This document shows, in pieces, positions 7,574-16,472 of a stretch of 64,000 bases of DNA. The notes below the pieces were generated by a model. It was not told the origin of the DNA and made no database searches. It saw only the letters and a list, made by a program, of their open reading frames with translations. The stretch covers positions 124,001-188,000 of the IMG/VR virus record IMGVR_UViG_3300022602_000024. One strand, written 5' to 3'. Numbering within the stretch: the stretch's first letter is position 1; every line of letters starts with the position of its first letter. The position numbers and the translations under genes are program-made.

Positions 7574-9687
7574 AGGTCGTATCCTGCTGCTTTCATTTCC
7601 TGTAGTCGCCATTGTATCTCAAGGCGTTCTAATCTTTGTTGTTGTGATTCGTTTAGGCCTGGTGTTCCGGGAATAGCACTTGAGCTATCGTTGGGCACAC
7701 TAGCGGCTGCTGGGTATTCGTTTAGGCTTTCGTGTGCCCATTGATCGTGCTCACTGCTCCATTGTCCTTGCCCATCCGACCATGAGTCTTCGTCGATCCC
7801 ATTTTTAAATGGCCAACCACTGGCATCTTCTTCGGCATATTGCTTGTGCACTTCACGAGCCTTCTTTTCGTCGGCATCACGGCTTTGTACTACTTTAGGC
7901 TGTGGTGCTACGGGTTCTTTTTCAAACTCTTTACGCATTTGCGACAAACTGGTATTGGGTTTCTTAGCCGCAGGCTTTGCAGTTTGGAATCCTAGTATTT
8001 CGTCAACTTGACCTTTGGTGCTATCTTCTTCAGTTTTTTTCTTTAAGAAGTTAGGAACCGTGGTATTTCGATCAAGTCTATCAACTGTGGTTTTAGTTAT
8101 GCTTGGCTTTATTTTTGTGGCAATTTTTCGATCGTTCCAATTGACGTCAGCATCCTTGGGATTCATTAATTCTATATCACGGTCGTTTTTAGATAAAGAG
8201 TTTCTATCATCTGGCCAACGTTGACCTTCCGCCACACCTTGCTGTTTACCGCGAACAAAATAATACACATCAACGTCTCTGTTGGCGGCATTTAGTTTGT
8301 TGGCGTAATCTTCTGCCTCTTGATCATTATTGAATGTTTTTACTACTTCGGTTTCGTGGTCTCTTTCGCCATTTGGATACAATGTAGTATCTTGGCGATA
8401 AACGATCCATGACATAGTAGAGCCTTCCGCCACACCTTTCTTTTTCAATGTATCAGGATGTGCTAGACCTTTTTTGACTTTTTCTGCCTGACTCATTTTA
8501 TCAACTTGTTTGCCAAGTTTGGGATCAACATCGTGCCAAGTCTGTGGATGTGGCTTTTTGTCGCCTTCCGCCACACCTTGCTTCTTCATATACTTCTTAC
8601 GCAATTTTAAGTCTGCTGGCGTTGCTTTTCTGATTAAATTCAAATATTTGTTTACTGGAATTTCTTTTATCTCAATGGGTTTGATGCCTTCTACTCCGGG
8701 AATAGAATGAAACTCTCTGCTATTGCCACCTTGAACAAACTGTGGTTTTCCATCTGGACCCTTGAATGGTAATTTATGTAGATACACATATTCACCTTTT
8801 CTAATCTGGCCACTGAACAAAACCATTTGTGGATCATTGGGGAACATACCTGTGTCTGAACCTGGTGTAGTCAGACCCATGGCTATAGCAACTTTTGGAT
8901 CTGAAGTAGCGTAGATAGCATTTTGATTACTACCAGCGGCACCACCTGTATCTACAGATTGTCTTGGTTCTAACATAGTAATCTTTTGTCTTGACCCATG
9001 CCAAAGATAGGTATTAATAACTTTGCCTTCCGCCACACCTTGCTGTCCAATTTGAAGATATTCAGTGGGCCAATCAAACACTATGTTATCGTATGCATCA
9101 AACACTGTCTCGAGGTAATCTCTTAACTCGTCAGGTATACGCTCTTTACTCCATGCTTTGGGCATTTCAGAATCATCGCCGTGCCATGCTTTCCAAGCCA
9201 TTGGGGTCCAATAGTCTAAGGCATCACTATCCAAATTGCCGGCTTTTTGCAATGCTGGAGCAACAGACTTAAACCCTTCTCTGTTGGCCCAAGTAGCAAA
9301 GATTTTGTGATAAGGCTTGTTATTTGCCACTGCCCATTGATATAGATCTCGTACATCAGTTGGTGGCATTTGTGTATCAGGAATACGTGGTTCTTTTTGC
9401 ATCCTGCCCATCATGGTATCAAATCGCTTGTCGCCAGTTGCCTCCGCCACACCCTCTGACTTGGGCTTTTTGTGATGCTTCTTCATGTTGATGGCAATAG
9501 CAGCCTGTTGTGCGGCATTGGCAGCTTCTTCTACTGACTCATTGGGCACACAGTTATTGACTCTGACACCACCTTTGATCTTGGTGCCTTCTTTGTGCTT
9601 GCCAGTCCAGCACTTGGCATCCAAGCGTTGTTTAATCGCCCGGGCTTCTTTAACAGTTAGTGCATCAACAATATCATTTAAAAGCAT
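7570..9687 (-). CDS. Modular polyprotein with five GVAE(G) linkers, including an ADP-ribosyltransferase-like module
   Basis: Linkers at 9453, 9039, 8577, 8436, 8238; module 2 has LWHGS..AIYATSD..E pattern. Confidence 0.75.
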   Translation of the reverse strand: MLLNDIVDALTVKEARAIKQRLDAKCWTGKHKEGTKIKGGVRVNNCVPNESVEEAANAAQQAAIAINMKKHHKKPKSEGVAEATGDKRFDTMMGRMQKEPRIPDTQMPPTDVRDLYQWAVANNKPYHKIFATWANREGFKSVAPALQKAGNLDSDALDYWTPMAWKAWHGDDSEMPKAWSKERIPDELRDYLETVFDAYDNIVFDWPTEYLQIGQQGVAEGKVINTYLWHGSRQKITMLEPRQSVDTGGAAGSNQNAIYATSDPKVAIAMGLTTPGSDTGMFPNDPQMVLFSGQIRKGEYVYLHKLPFKGPDGKPQFVQGGNSREFHSIPGVEGIKPIEIKEIPVNKYLNLIRKATPADLKLRKKYMKKQGVAEGDKKPHPQTWHDVDPKLGKQVDKMSQAEKVKKGLAHPDTLKKKGVAEGSTMSWIVYRQDTTLYPNGERDHETEVVKTFNNDQEAEDYANKLNAANRDVDVYYFVRGKQQGVAEGQRWPDDRNSLSKNDRDIELMNPKDADVNWNDRKIATKIKPSITKTTVDRLDRNTTVPNFLKKKTEEDSTKGQVDEILGFQTAKPAAKKPNTSLSQMRKEFEKEPVAPQPKVVQSRDADEKKAREVHKQYAEEDASGWPFKNGIDEDSWSDGQGQWSSEHDQWAHESLNEYPAAASVPNDSSSAIPGTPGLNESQQQRLERLEIQWRLQEMKAAGYDL
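8225..9453 (-). repeat. Five dispersed in-frame copies of GGTGTGGCGGA(A/G)G
   Basis: Plus-strand ccttccgccacacc at 8225, 8423, 8564, 9026 and cctccgccacacc at 9441; spacings 198, 141, 462, 414 nt. Confidence 0.9.
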
Positions 9688-10412
9688 TACTTTTGTCCTA
9701 ACTTGGCCTGTTTAATAGCATTAGCAACTTGTGTTACTTGTGCAGGATTACCGGTAGTAATCAAATCTTCGATAGACTTGCCCAACGCACCTGTGGTCTT
9801 TTTAGCAGCTTGATCCATGCCTTGTCCTGTTGCAGGATTTGCTTGTGGATTATTGGCCATTTTAACTGCACTTTGTGCGGCCTGTGAGGGACTTGTAGTC
9901 ATATTCACACCAGCGGACTTTAATTTGTTTATATTTTGTTGTGCGTTTTGCACTTCTTTGTTCATTTTGGCAGCATCAATGGGATTACCTGTTGTTCCGG
10001 TTGCTCCAGTGGGCATGATGTTTTCTTCAACATACTTTGACCACTCGTTCATTAGTTCTTCTTCTAGACTTGCATCTTCAGCACATCCGCCTACACCTTG
10101 GCCGGGTTTGGGAGTACCTTTATCGGTGCCCTTCCAGTAACCGCCAAACTTAGAACCACTGGCATGATGTTCAGCATCAGCCATTGAATCTTCTTCTACA
10201 TCTGCGTTGATGTTTTTTTCATCGGGCACTACTCTGGCTATATTGGCCAGAGATATAGCTCTATTGTCTGCAGCTTTTTGTACAATTGCTTTGGCTTGTG
10301 CAGCGGCTGCAGGGGATGGTTGGTCTATTGTGGCTGGCTTACCAAAGTTGCCTTCATTGCCTTCATCCAAACGTTTGAAGATATTTAATATATCTGCGAA
10401 ATTGTTATCCAT
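9687..10412 (-). CDS. Hypothetical low-complexity (A/Q/N-rich) protein, possible head cargo
   Basis: Coupled to both neighbours; leader MDNNFADILNIFKRLDE. Confidence 0.6.
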   Translation of the reverse strand: MDNNFADILNIFKRLDEGNEGNFGKPATIDQPSPAAAAQAKAIVQKAADNRAISLANIARVVPDEKNINADVEEDSMADAEHHASGSKFGGYWKGTDKGTPKPGQGVGGCAEDASLEEELMNEWSKYVEENIMPTGATGTTGNPIDAAKMNKEVQNAQQNINKLKSAGVNMTTSPSQAAQSAVKMANNPQANPATGQGMDQAAKKTTGALGKSIEDLITTGNPAQVTQVANAIKQAKLGQK

Positions 10413-12367
10413 TATTTTACCTTCTTAACGTTGGTTAGTCTATTGCCGTAGCCACTGAGTTTCTTTTGCAGTGCTTTACGAGTAAATGCTTCGTCGCCAA
10501 ACTCACTTACCACACTAGCAATACTGCTGGAACTAGTTGCACCTGCATCTTCTTTAACTGTTTGTTTGCTTTCACGGAATCCGCGACGCTGACTCAAAAG
10601 ATCTTCATAATCAGAATCATCTTCTTCGTGATCTGGACGTGCTACACCAGTGCCACCACATGATCTGCAACTGGTTCCTTCCCATTGGCCTTCGCCAGTG
10701 CCACGGCAATTATAACACTCGTGATCATCGTCATCCTCGTGTGAGCCTTCTGCCATGCCGCCAAATCCTGTCTTGGCTTTGTTGTACATTTTTTCAACAT
10801 TGGCATCACTAGCAGGACCAACATTTGGCGCTTGGGTCTTCTGCTGAATTTCTTGATCTTTATTGTATTTTTTACCGGAGCTAGTTGTTAGCATTTGTGA
10901 TAACTTCTTAATTAGATCAATGCCAAACTTTGCAAATAAAAATTCTGCGGCCCATTCTAATCCATTATCTACTAGGGTTTCTTTCAACTCATCTTTAGCT
11001 ACATCAGCTACTGCGCCGGCAACCCCGGCATGAGCAGCTCCTGCTACTGCTGCATGACCAGCTAGTCCCACACCTAAAGCCATAACAACAAGATCTTTCC
11101 ATTGTGCGTTCATAAATTTGATCTGTGCAGGGGTTGCTTTACCTTGTCTTTTCAAATTTAAAATTTGAAGCATTTGCCATGTTTCTTGTGCTTCATTTTG
11201 GCCTATAGTGAATAGTTTGGTTAGAAAACTAGGAACGATATTGGCAAATTTAGTTATTCCATTTAATGAGAAACCTTCTGCTACATCTTGTGGTAGTGCA
11301 TAAGTTTGTGCAAAAATATCTTTTTTAACAGCACCATAATCATTGGCACCGTGGCGAACAATGTAGTCGTTGCCTGCGGTATATTGTAAGTCTCCCCAGC
11401 TGGTATGTAGTACACCATCGTGGTCAGCTAACTTGGCTAACTTGGGAATTTTTTTGGGAGTAGCGGTACCGTCGCCGTTGTCATCATATAGTTTGGCAAA
11501 CTTAGCTGGTTCCACTGGATATTGCTCACCTTTGGGCCCAGTAATAATATGTGCCTGAGCAGAATGTTTCATCGGACCTTCTAGTGTTTTGACTGTACCT
11601 GGTTGTCCTGGTACTGTGTATTTGACAGGGGTGGCCTTTTTATAAGTTTGGAATGCGCCTTGTTTGAACCAAGCATCATTGATCGCTGGAGAATCGCCCT
11701 CCGCCACACCTTGCTTAACTGTTTTATAAGCACTCTGTAAAACAAACATATATTCTTTATCTGTGATATCCGGTAGTATACCTTCAACCGCGGTACTAAA
11801 AAAGTCATCACCTGCTATCATATTCATAGCATGTATCATACCCAATTCATCAACATTTTTTTGTTTTGCTACTTGTATAGCAATTTCCAATAGTTTTCTT
11901 AATCTACGACTTCTTTCATTATCGCCACCGTCGTTATTTGGAGGAACAAACTCATTTAAATTGCCCTCCGCCACACCTTCGGGTTCTCTAATAGCAGGAT
12001 TGTCAATCTGTTGAGCAACTGCTGTTAGGCTTTCATTGCTATTGGTAATCTTTTTGTACATCCATGCTTCAAGTGGAGTTCCTGATTTCACATGTTGATA
12101 AATCTTCTTAGCATCCTGTACAATGGCTTTTAATTCACCCAATGCCATGCCGTCTAATTGTTCGTCTTCTGACATGTCCTTATTATAATGCTTTTTAACA
12201 TCATTAGCAAATTGTTTTTTGGTGGCCTTTACTATACCGCTAAAACGCTTGTCTCCGCGCTTGTAGTTGCCGGCTTTGTCAGCCGCACTTGCATCTGCGC
12301 CTGCGGCAGTTTTGTAACGTGCTAGTGCATCGTTGCTTAATTCTGTGACAAATTCTGTAGGTTTCAT
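10412..12367 (-). CDS. Modular polyprotein with GVAEG/DVAEG/GMAEG linkers and a DnaJ-type Zn finger
   Basis: Leader MKPTEFVTE; linkers at 11977, 11710, 11287, 10759; CYNCRGTG..CRSCGGTG. Confidence 0.75.
   Translation of the reverse strand: MKPTEFVTELSNDALARYKTAAGADASAADKAGNYKRGDKRFSGIVKATKKQFANDVKKHYNKDMSEDEQLDGMALGELKAIVQDAKKIYQHVKSGTPLEAWMYKKITNSNESLTAVAQQIDNPAIREPEGVAEGNLNEFVPPNNDGGDNERSRRLRKLLEIAIQVAKQKNVDELGMIHAMNMIAGDDFFSTAVEGILPDITDKEYMFVLQSAYKTVKQGVAEGDSPAINDAWFKQGAFQTYKKATPVKYTVPGQPGTVKTLEGPMKHSAQAHIITGPKGEQYPVEPAKFAKLYDDNGDGTATPKKIPKLAKLADHDGVLHTSWGDLQYTAGNDYIVRHGANDYGAVKKDIFAQTYALPQDVAEGFSLNGITKFANIVPSFLTKLFTIGQNEAQETWQMLQILNLKRQGKATPAQIKFMNAQWKDLVVMALGVGLAGHAAVAGAAHAGVAGAVADVAKDELKETLVDNGLEWAAEFLFAKFGIDLIKKLSQMLTTSSGKKYNKDQEIQQKTQAPNVGPASDANVEKMYNKAKTGFGGMAEGSHEDDDDHECYNCRGTGEGQWEGTSCRSCGGTGVARPDHEEDDSDYEDLLSQRRGFRESKQTVKEDAGATSSSSIASVVSEFGDEAFTRKALQKKLSGYGNRLTNVKKVK
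11697..11977 (-). repeat. Two in-frame copies of GGTGTGGCGGAGGG
   Basis: Plus-strand ccctccgccacacc at 11697 and 11964, 267 nt apart. Confidence 0.9.
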
Positions 12368-12391
12368 GTAATTTTTCCGTATTAACTATAT

Positions 12392-12667
12392 TTATTCGGA
12401 TATAACAAAGTCGGTTGCGGAAGCGGCACCATTGACTTTGATGTTTCGAACAGTAATAGATCCATGTCGATTCACGTGTTCTATTCGTACTGAGTGCAGT
12501 CCAGGTTCTAAATTTACTATGATATTTTCTTGTATATAAACTTCGGGACCAGGCCAAGTAAAGTCCCGCTCAGTAAGCAAATCATCATCCACATATACTC
12601 GGTAAGTTGGATGCCCCGTACTCCAGGATGCATAAACATCTACAAGTATAGAGCATTCTTGGATCAT
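12392..12667 (-). CDS. Hypothetical beta-rich protein
   Basis: ORF track; 4-nt overlap with upstream gene. Confidence 0.6.
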   Translation of the reverse strand: MIQECSILVDVYASWSTGHPTYRVYVDDDLLTERDFTWPGPEVYIQENIIVNLEPGLHSVRIEHVNRHGSITVRNIKVNGAASATDFVISE

Positions 12668-13752
12668 TTTAAGCCTCTACCAATGCCACCTTTGATGGGT
12701 TGTTGTCCAGTTTTTGTGGGTTTGCGTCCTGTTAGTCCCAAGGCTTTCATTTCTTTGCCCAAGGTATCGCCTGTTACATCGTTTTGATCACCAGCAGTGG
12801 CCATAACATAACGAGGATCGTTTCCACCTCGAACAACACCTACCCCGCCCATTTCAGCAACACGCCCATAGCGTTCTTCACCTTCAGACGGTTTCCAAGA
12901 AAAGCGATTTTCGTGAGCCATGCGCTTTTGTACTAGTGTATTGATAATTCTGTCTAATTGGTCTTTGGGTACATGTTGTGCTACTAGTTTGGTCTTGCTG
13001 TTTCGATTCATGGGTTCGTAATACAAATCAACAAAAGCAGGATCTATAATACGTACTTCATTTAGTCCAGCGGCTTTGACAGTTTTAGGAAGTTTAACAG
13101 GTCTTGGTGCTTCAATTGGGGCAGCAGGAGCAAGTTTATCGGTCATTAGTTTTTCGGCTTCTACTGTATACTTGCCAAACAAATCTTTAATAATCGCTTG
13201 ACGTGTTTTTTCATCTGCAGCCACATACTGCGCACGCAACTCAGTACCTGATCGCATGGGTTGTCCTAGTACATCAAAATCAAATGTAGGAACAGTCATA
13301 ATATAAGCATGACGATTCATGCCTTCTGTTTCCTTCATGTTACCCGGCATCTTTTGCAAGTAAGCAGGTGTGCCGTCTTTTTTGGTAAAGGATTTGAAGC
13401 GTGGATCTTCGGCCATGTCTTTTTCGCTCACTGCAAAGATCACCACAGTATTGGCAGGATCAGCAATGCTTAAATTACCGCCAGTAATAACAGTTTCAAT
13501 TTGATATGGGCTTGTTGCTTGTATGATACGGTCAGAAGGAACCCCTGTTAGTTGCATAAAGTAAGCCTTTTCTGCAAAACTAAAGGGGCTCTTTGGGGGT
13601 TCTACTTTATTACTAGTAGCAATATAGACGTTGTTGCGTCCGTATTTTGTGGTTAGATAGTTATATACCGCGTGGTGACCTTTGTGAAAAGGCTGAAAAC
13701 GCCCAGGGTATATAACCAACAGTTGTGGTTCTGATAATTCCGTAATATACAT
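12664..13752 (-). CDS. Cytidyltransferase-like (HIGH-motif) nucleotidyltransferase with leader MYITELSE
   Basis: IYPGRFQPFHKGH motif; SPFSFAEK; RSGTELR. Confidence 0.75.
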   Translation of the reverse strand: MYITELSEPQLLVIYPGRFQPFHKGHHAVYNYLTTKYGRNNVYIATSNKVEPPKSPFSFAEKAYFMQLTGVPSDRIIQATSPYQIETVITGGNLSIADPANTVVIFAVSEKDMAEDPRFKSFTKKDGTPAYLQKMPGNMKETEGMNRHAYIMTVPTFDFDVLGQPMRSGTELRAQYVAADEKTRQAIIKDLFGKYTVEAEKLMTDKLAPAAPIEAPRPVKLPKTVKAAGLNEVRIIDPAFVDLYYEPMNRNSKTKLVAQHVPKDQLDRIINTLVQKRMAHENRFSWKPSEGEERYGRVAEMGGVGVVRGGNDPRYVMATAGDQNDVTGDTLGKEMKALGLTGRKPTKTGQQPIKGGIGRGLK

Positions 13753-13781
13753 AGTAATAGTCCGCTATTACTATATTTAGT

Positions 13782-14165
13782 TCATATATTTTTTAGCAGC
13801 CACATATAAAGAGGAGTCTCAAATGTTAGTCTGTATATTTCTATAATATTATTGGTACCTATGCTGGCAGTATGATTATTTGATATTTTGTTTAAGATAG
13901 GACTTAAATAATATCCATTTATCTCTATATTTTCTGTTAATAACAAATTATCATCGTCTGCATCTTTATTGGGGAAAACAATATCAACGGTGTGAGATCC
14001 CGCCGGTAAAATATTATCAAAAGTCACTAAAATTTTCCCCCCAGTGATCCCGGATGTATTGCCGGTAACAACGGTTTTTTTATTTAATTTAATAATATAT
14101 TTAGGTGGTATATTCTTAAAGATGCTGACTAAAGTTATTTTAAAATATAATTTTTCTGTCAACAT
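13782..14165 (-). CDS. Hypothetical protein, paralog-like to 14177..14626
   Basis: Both begin ML(T/D)..EKL.FKI and end F.(T/S)P.Y.WLL..I. Confidence 0.55.
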   Translation of the reverse strand: MLTEKLYFKITLVSIFKNIPPKYIIKLNKKTVVTGNTSGITGGKILVTFDNILPAGSHTVDIVFPNKDADDDNLLLTENIEINGYYLSPILNKISNNHTASIGTNNIIEIYRLTFETPLYMWLLKNI

Positions 14166-14176
14166 TTACAGGTTTA

Positions 14177-14626
14177 TTAAATAGTTTCAAGTAACCAAAT
14201 ATAAAAAGGCGAATTAAAAGGAAAAGTCCATGCTCCGTTCCAACCCAAATCGATACAATTATTTAATACGGGACGTTCAGGATCATCACCTGTAAAAATA
14301 CTATTGCTATGTAGTAAGGTTCCAACATCTATTTCGTCGATTTCGACACTCTTGATATTAAGTACCATATCTTTAAGTATCTCGGTTTTGTCTTCGCTTT
14401 GTACAGTATCGCTGTTGTCTTTGTTCTCTAATCGAATTTTTAAAACAACGGGACCCTCTTCTACGGTATAATCAAACTCTTCGTAGTATGTTTCTTCACT
14501 GGCACCTGTAATGGCCTTGTGATCAACTATTACAGAGTCGTTGATTAATATACTATAGACGGGCACTTTTTTCCAATAAGTGCCCGCTATGCCGATCTTA
14601 AAATGAAGTTTTTCGGTATCTAACAT
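14177..14626 (-). CDS. Hypothetical protein
   Basis: ORF track; C-terminal FPFNSPFYIWLLETI. Confidence 0.6.
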   Translation of the reverse strand: MLDTEKLHFKIGIAGTYWKKVPVYSILINDSVIVDHKAITGASEETYYEEFDYTVEEGPVVLKIRLENKDNSDTVQSEDKTEILKDMVLNIKSVEIDEIDVGTLLHSNSIFTGDDPERPVLNNCIDLGWNGAWTFPFNSPFYIWLLETI

Positions 14627-14627
14627 A

Positions 14628-15515
14628 TTAGTTTGCTGGAGTAGTTTCCAATGGTTTATCTAGTTTATGTCCTTGTGCAGCCAGGGTATCTTCAATGATA
14701 CCAATTGATCCACGATTGCCGATAGCAATCTTGTCAAGGTCTCCGGCATACTCATAATGTCCCACATGGTTCAACAACACTTTGCTATGTGCCCAAATCT
14801 CGCCACCTAGTTTTTGCCAACGTCTGCAGAACAACCAGTCTTCGCTCAAATAATGTCCACGCTCGTCAATTTCACAATCAAAGATTGAATACATCATGGG
14901 CTCGTATTGTTTGCCCAAGCCCACATCATCAACATATTTTGTCTCTGGATGTGCTGCAATCAATTGCTCATATACGCTACGACGGAACAACAAGAAGCCT
15001 GTGCCCATAGTGTCCACTGTAAAGATATCGCCTTGGATCTTGGTCTGTGGCTTCAAGTTAATAACATAGTTAACTGGCAAGGCTTTCTTGGGATACAATC
15101 CGCCAATGACTTCTTTGTCATATGCCAACATCTGTAGAATTGATTCTGGTTGGAAACGAATATCTGCATCAATGAACATAAAGTGTGTGGCCTGTGTATT
15201 GGTCATCATTTTGGCCATCAAGTTGTTACGTGCACGTGTAACCAATGACTCGTTAACCATGGTATCTAAACTCCAGTTGAGTCCTGCTTGTTGTGCCAAC
15301 AAGGTAAAACGCAAAAAGCTAGTCATTGTGGGCTCACTTACCATACCACCATAGCATGGAATACCAATATGCAAATGTATCTTGCTAAAGTCAAATGGTG
15401 TGCCCTGTTGTTGCGGAGCAGGTGCTTGTGCGGCTTGCGCTTTTTGTTTGGCTGCAGCTGCTTTGATTAAGTTAACTGCGTCACTTTGATTTACAGGTTT
15501 TTTTGAATCACTCAT
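14628..15515 (-). CDS. GT-A fold glycosyltransferase-like protein
   Basis: IGIPCYGG, RARNNL, FIDADI (DxD), LSEDWLFC motifs. Confidence 0.7.
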   Translation of the reverse strand: MSDSKKPVNQSDAVNLIKAAAAKQKAQAAQAPAPQQQGTPFDFSKIHLHIGIPCYGGMVSEPTMTSFLRFTLLAQQAGLNWSLDTMVNESLVTRARNNLMAKMMTNTQATHFMFIDADIRFQPESILQMLAYDKEVIGGLYPKKALPVNYVINLKPQTKIQGDIFTVDTMGTGFLLFRRSVYEQLIAAHPETKYVDDVGLGKQYEPMMYSIFDCEIDERGHYLSEDWLFCRRWQKLGGEIWAHSKVLLNHVGHYEYAGDLDKIAIGNRGSIGIIEDTLAAQGHKLDKPLETTPAN

Positions 15516-15539
15516 GGGTTTCTTTCTTTGGTTAATTGA

Positions 15540-15716
15540 TTATGCTTTGCTAACTTCGACAACAACTCCGTTGCCGAGTAATTCTTCTGCTACACTGGTT
15601 AAGGCCAGTAAGGATTCTTCACTGACGATTTCACTGTCGGTTTCTGTTCCTTCTGGTGTAGTTTTATGTAATTTACTTACAGTAATAACGATTACTTCTT
15701 CTTGAATACGTGCCAT
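15540..15716 (-). CDS. Small hypothetical protein (58 aa)
   Basis: Manual translation MARIQEEVIVITVSKL..VVVEVSKA; SD GGAG upstream; below ORF-track cutoff. Confidence 0.6.
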   Translation of the reverse strand: MARIQEEVIVITVSKLHKTTPEGTETDSEIVSEESLLALTSVAEELLGNGVVVEVSKA

Positions 15717-15740
15717 CATGCACTCCTTGAATATATGCTA

Positions 15741-16472
15741 TTATTTAGCAGGTGGTACTACCAACTCATGAATATTTGTTACCAAACCTGGGCTTATAAG
15801 GTTCAAAAACGTAACAATAGACAAATCATTGGCGTAGAAGTACAGACTCCACATATAACCACTGGTTGATTGTAGTGCTCTACTTAATCCCCCAGTCATT
15901 TTAACTATTTCTTTGTCGGCTGAATTAAAATAATTCCACAACTGTTGTCTTGTTTCCCCGGGATAAAATCCATCTTTGAGTATTATTTTGTATCGGTATC
16001 CATTGTCAGTTTTTTTAATAATGGCACCAGAATTTAAAATTTCAGCAATAAAAGAATCTTCGGGTCCTGCAAGACCATGAGTATATTTTTTAAACAACAC
16101 GGGTGCTTGATCTACAATCTCTACTAGATCGTCTTCGGACTCTGTGTAGATTTGAATCCATGGTTCCTCTACTCGAATACGTGTATTGATAGTACGATCC
16201 TGCTTGAGTTGACGAATATGTTCTAAAAACTCAATATCGGCAGCTTCTAGGTCACGAGTTCTGCGACCCCACCAGCCAAAATGATTCATGTCTCGGTCCC
16301 AGACCTTTCGATGTTCAATAGTGCTCTCAATATCTTTGCTGTCAATGGCACGTCCACCAGGGGCATAAACCACAAGTTTGTAAAGATACTGATTAAAGTA
16401 TTTTTTAGTAGTGTGGGCTATTTCAATCTTAGGATTGAACTGAGTCCAGAACAATATATCCATTTGAATCAA
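15741..16472 (-). CDS. Hypothetical protein
   Basis: 243-aa ORF downstream of clpA. Confidence 0.6.
   Translation of the reverse strand: MIQMDILFWTQFNPKIEIAHTTKKYFNQYLYKLVVYAPGGRAIDSKDIESTIEHRKVWDRDMNHFGWWGRRTRDLEAADIEFLEHIRQLKQDRTINTRIRVEEPWIQIYTESEDDLVEIVDQAPVLFKKYTHGLAGPEDSFIAEILNSGAIIKKTDNGYRYKIILKDGFYPGETRQQLWNYFNSADKEIVKMTGGLSRALQSTSGYMWSLYFYANDLSIVTFLNLISPGLVTNIHELVVPPAK

Noticed and set aside
8225-11977. GGTGTGGCGGA repeats as a CRISPR array or integron attC sites
   Set aside because: Repeats are only 11-17 bp, non-palindromic, in frame within ORFs, spaced 141-462 nt apart; no cas or integrase gene in the window.
8225-11977. Repeat as an E. coli Chi site
   Set aside because: G-rich but not GCTGGTGG; a host-specific Chi-like role cannot be judged from sequence.
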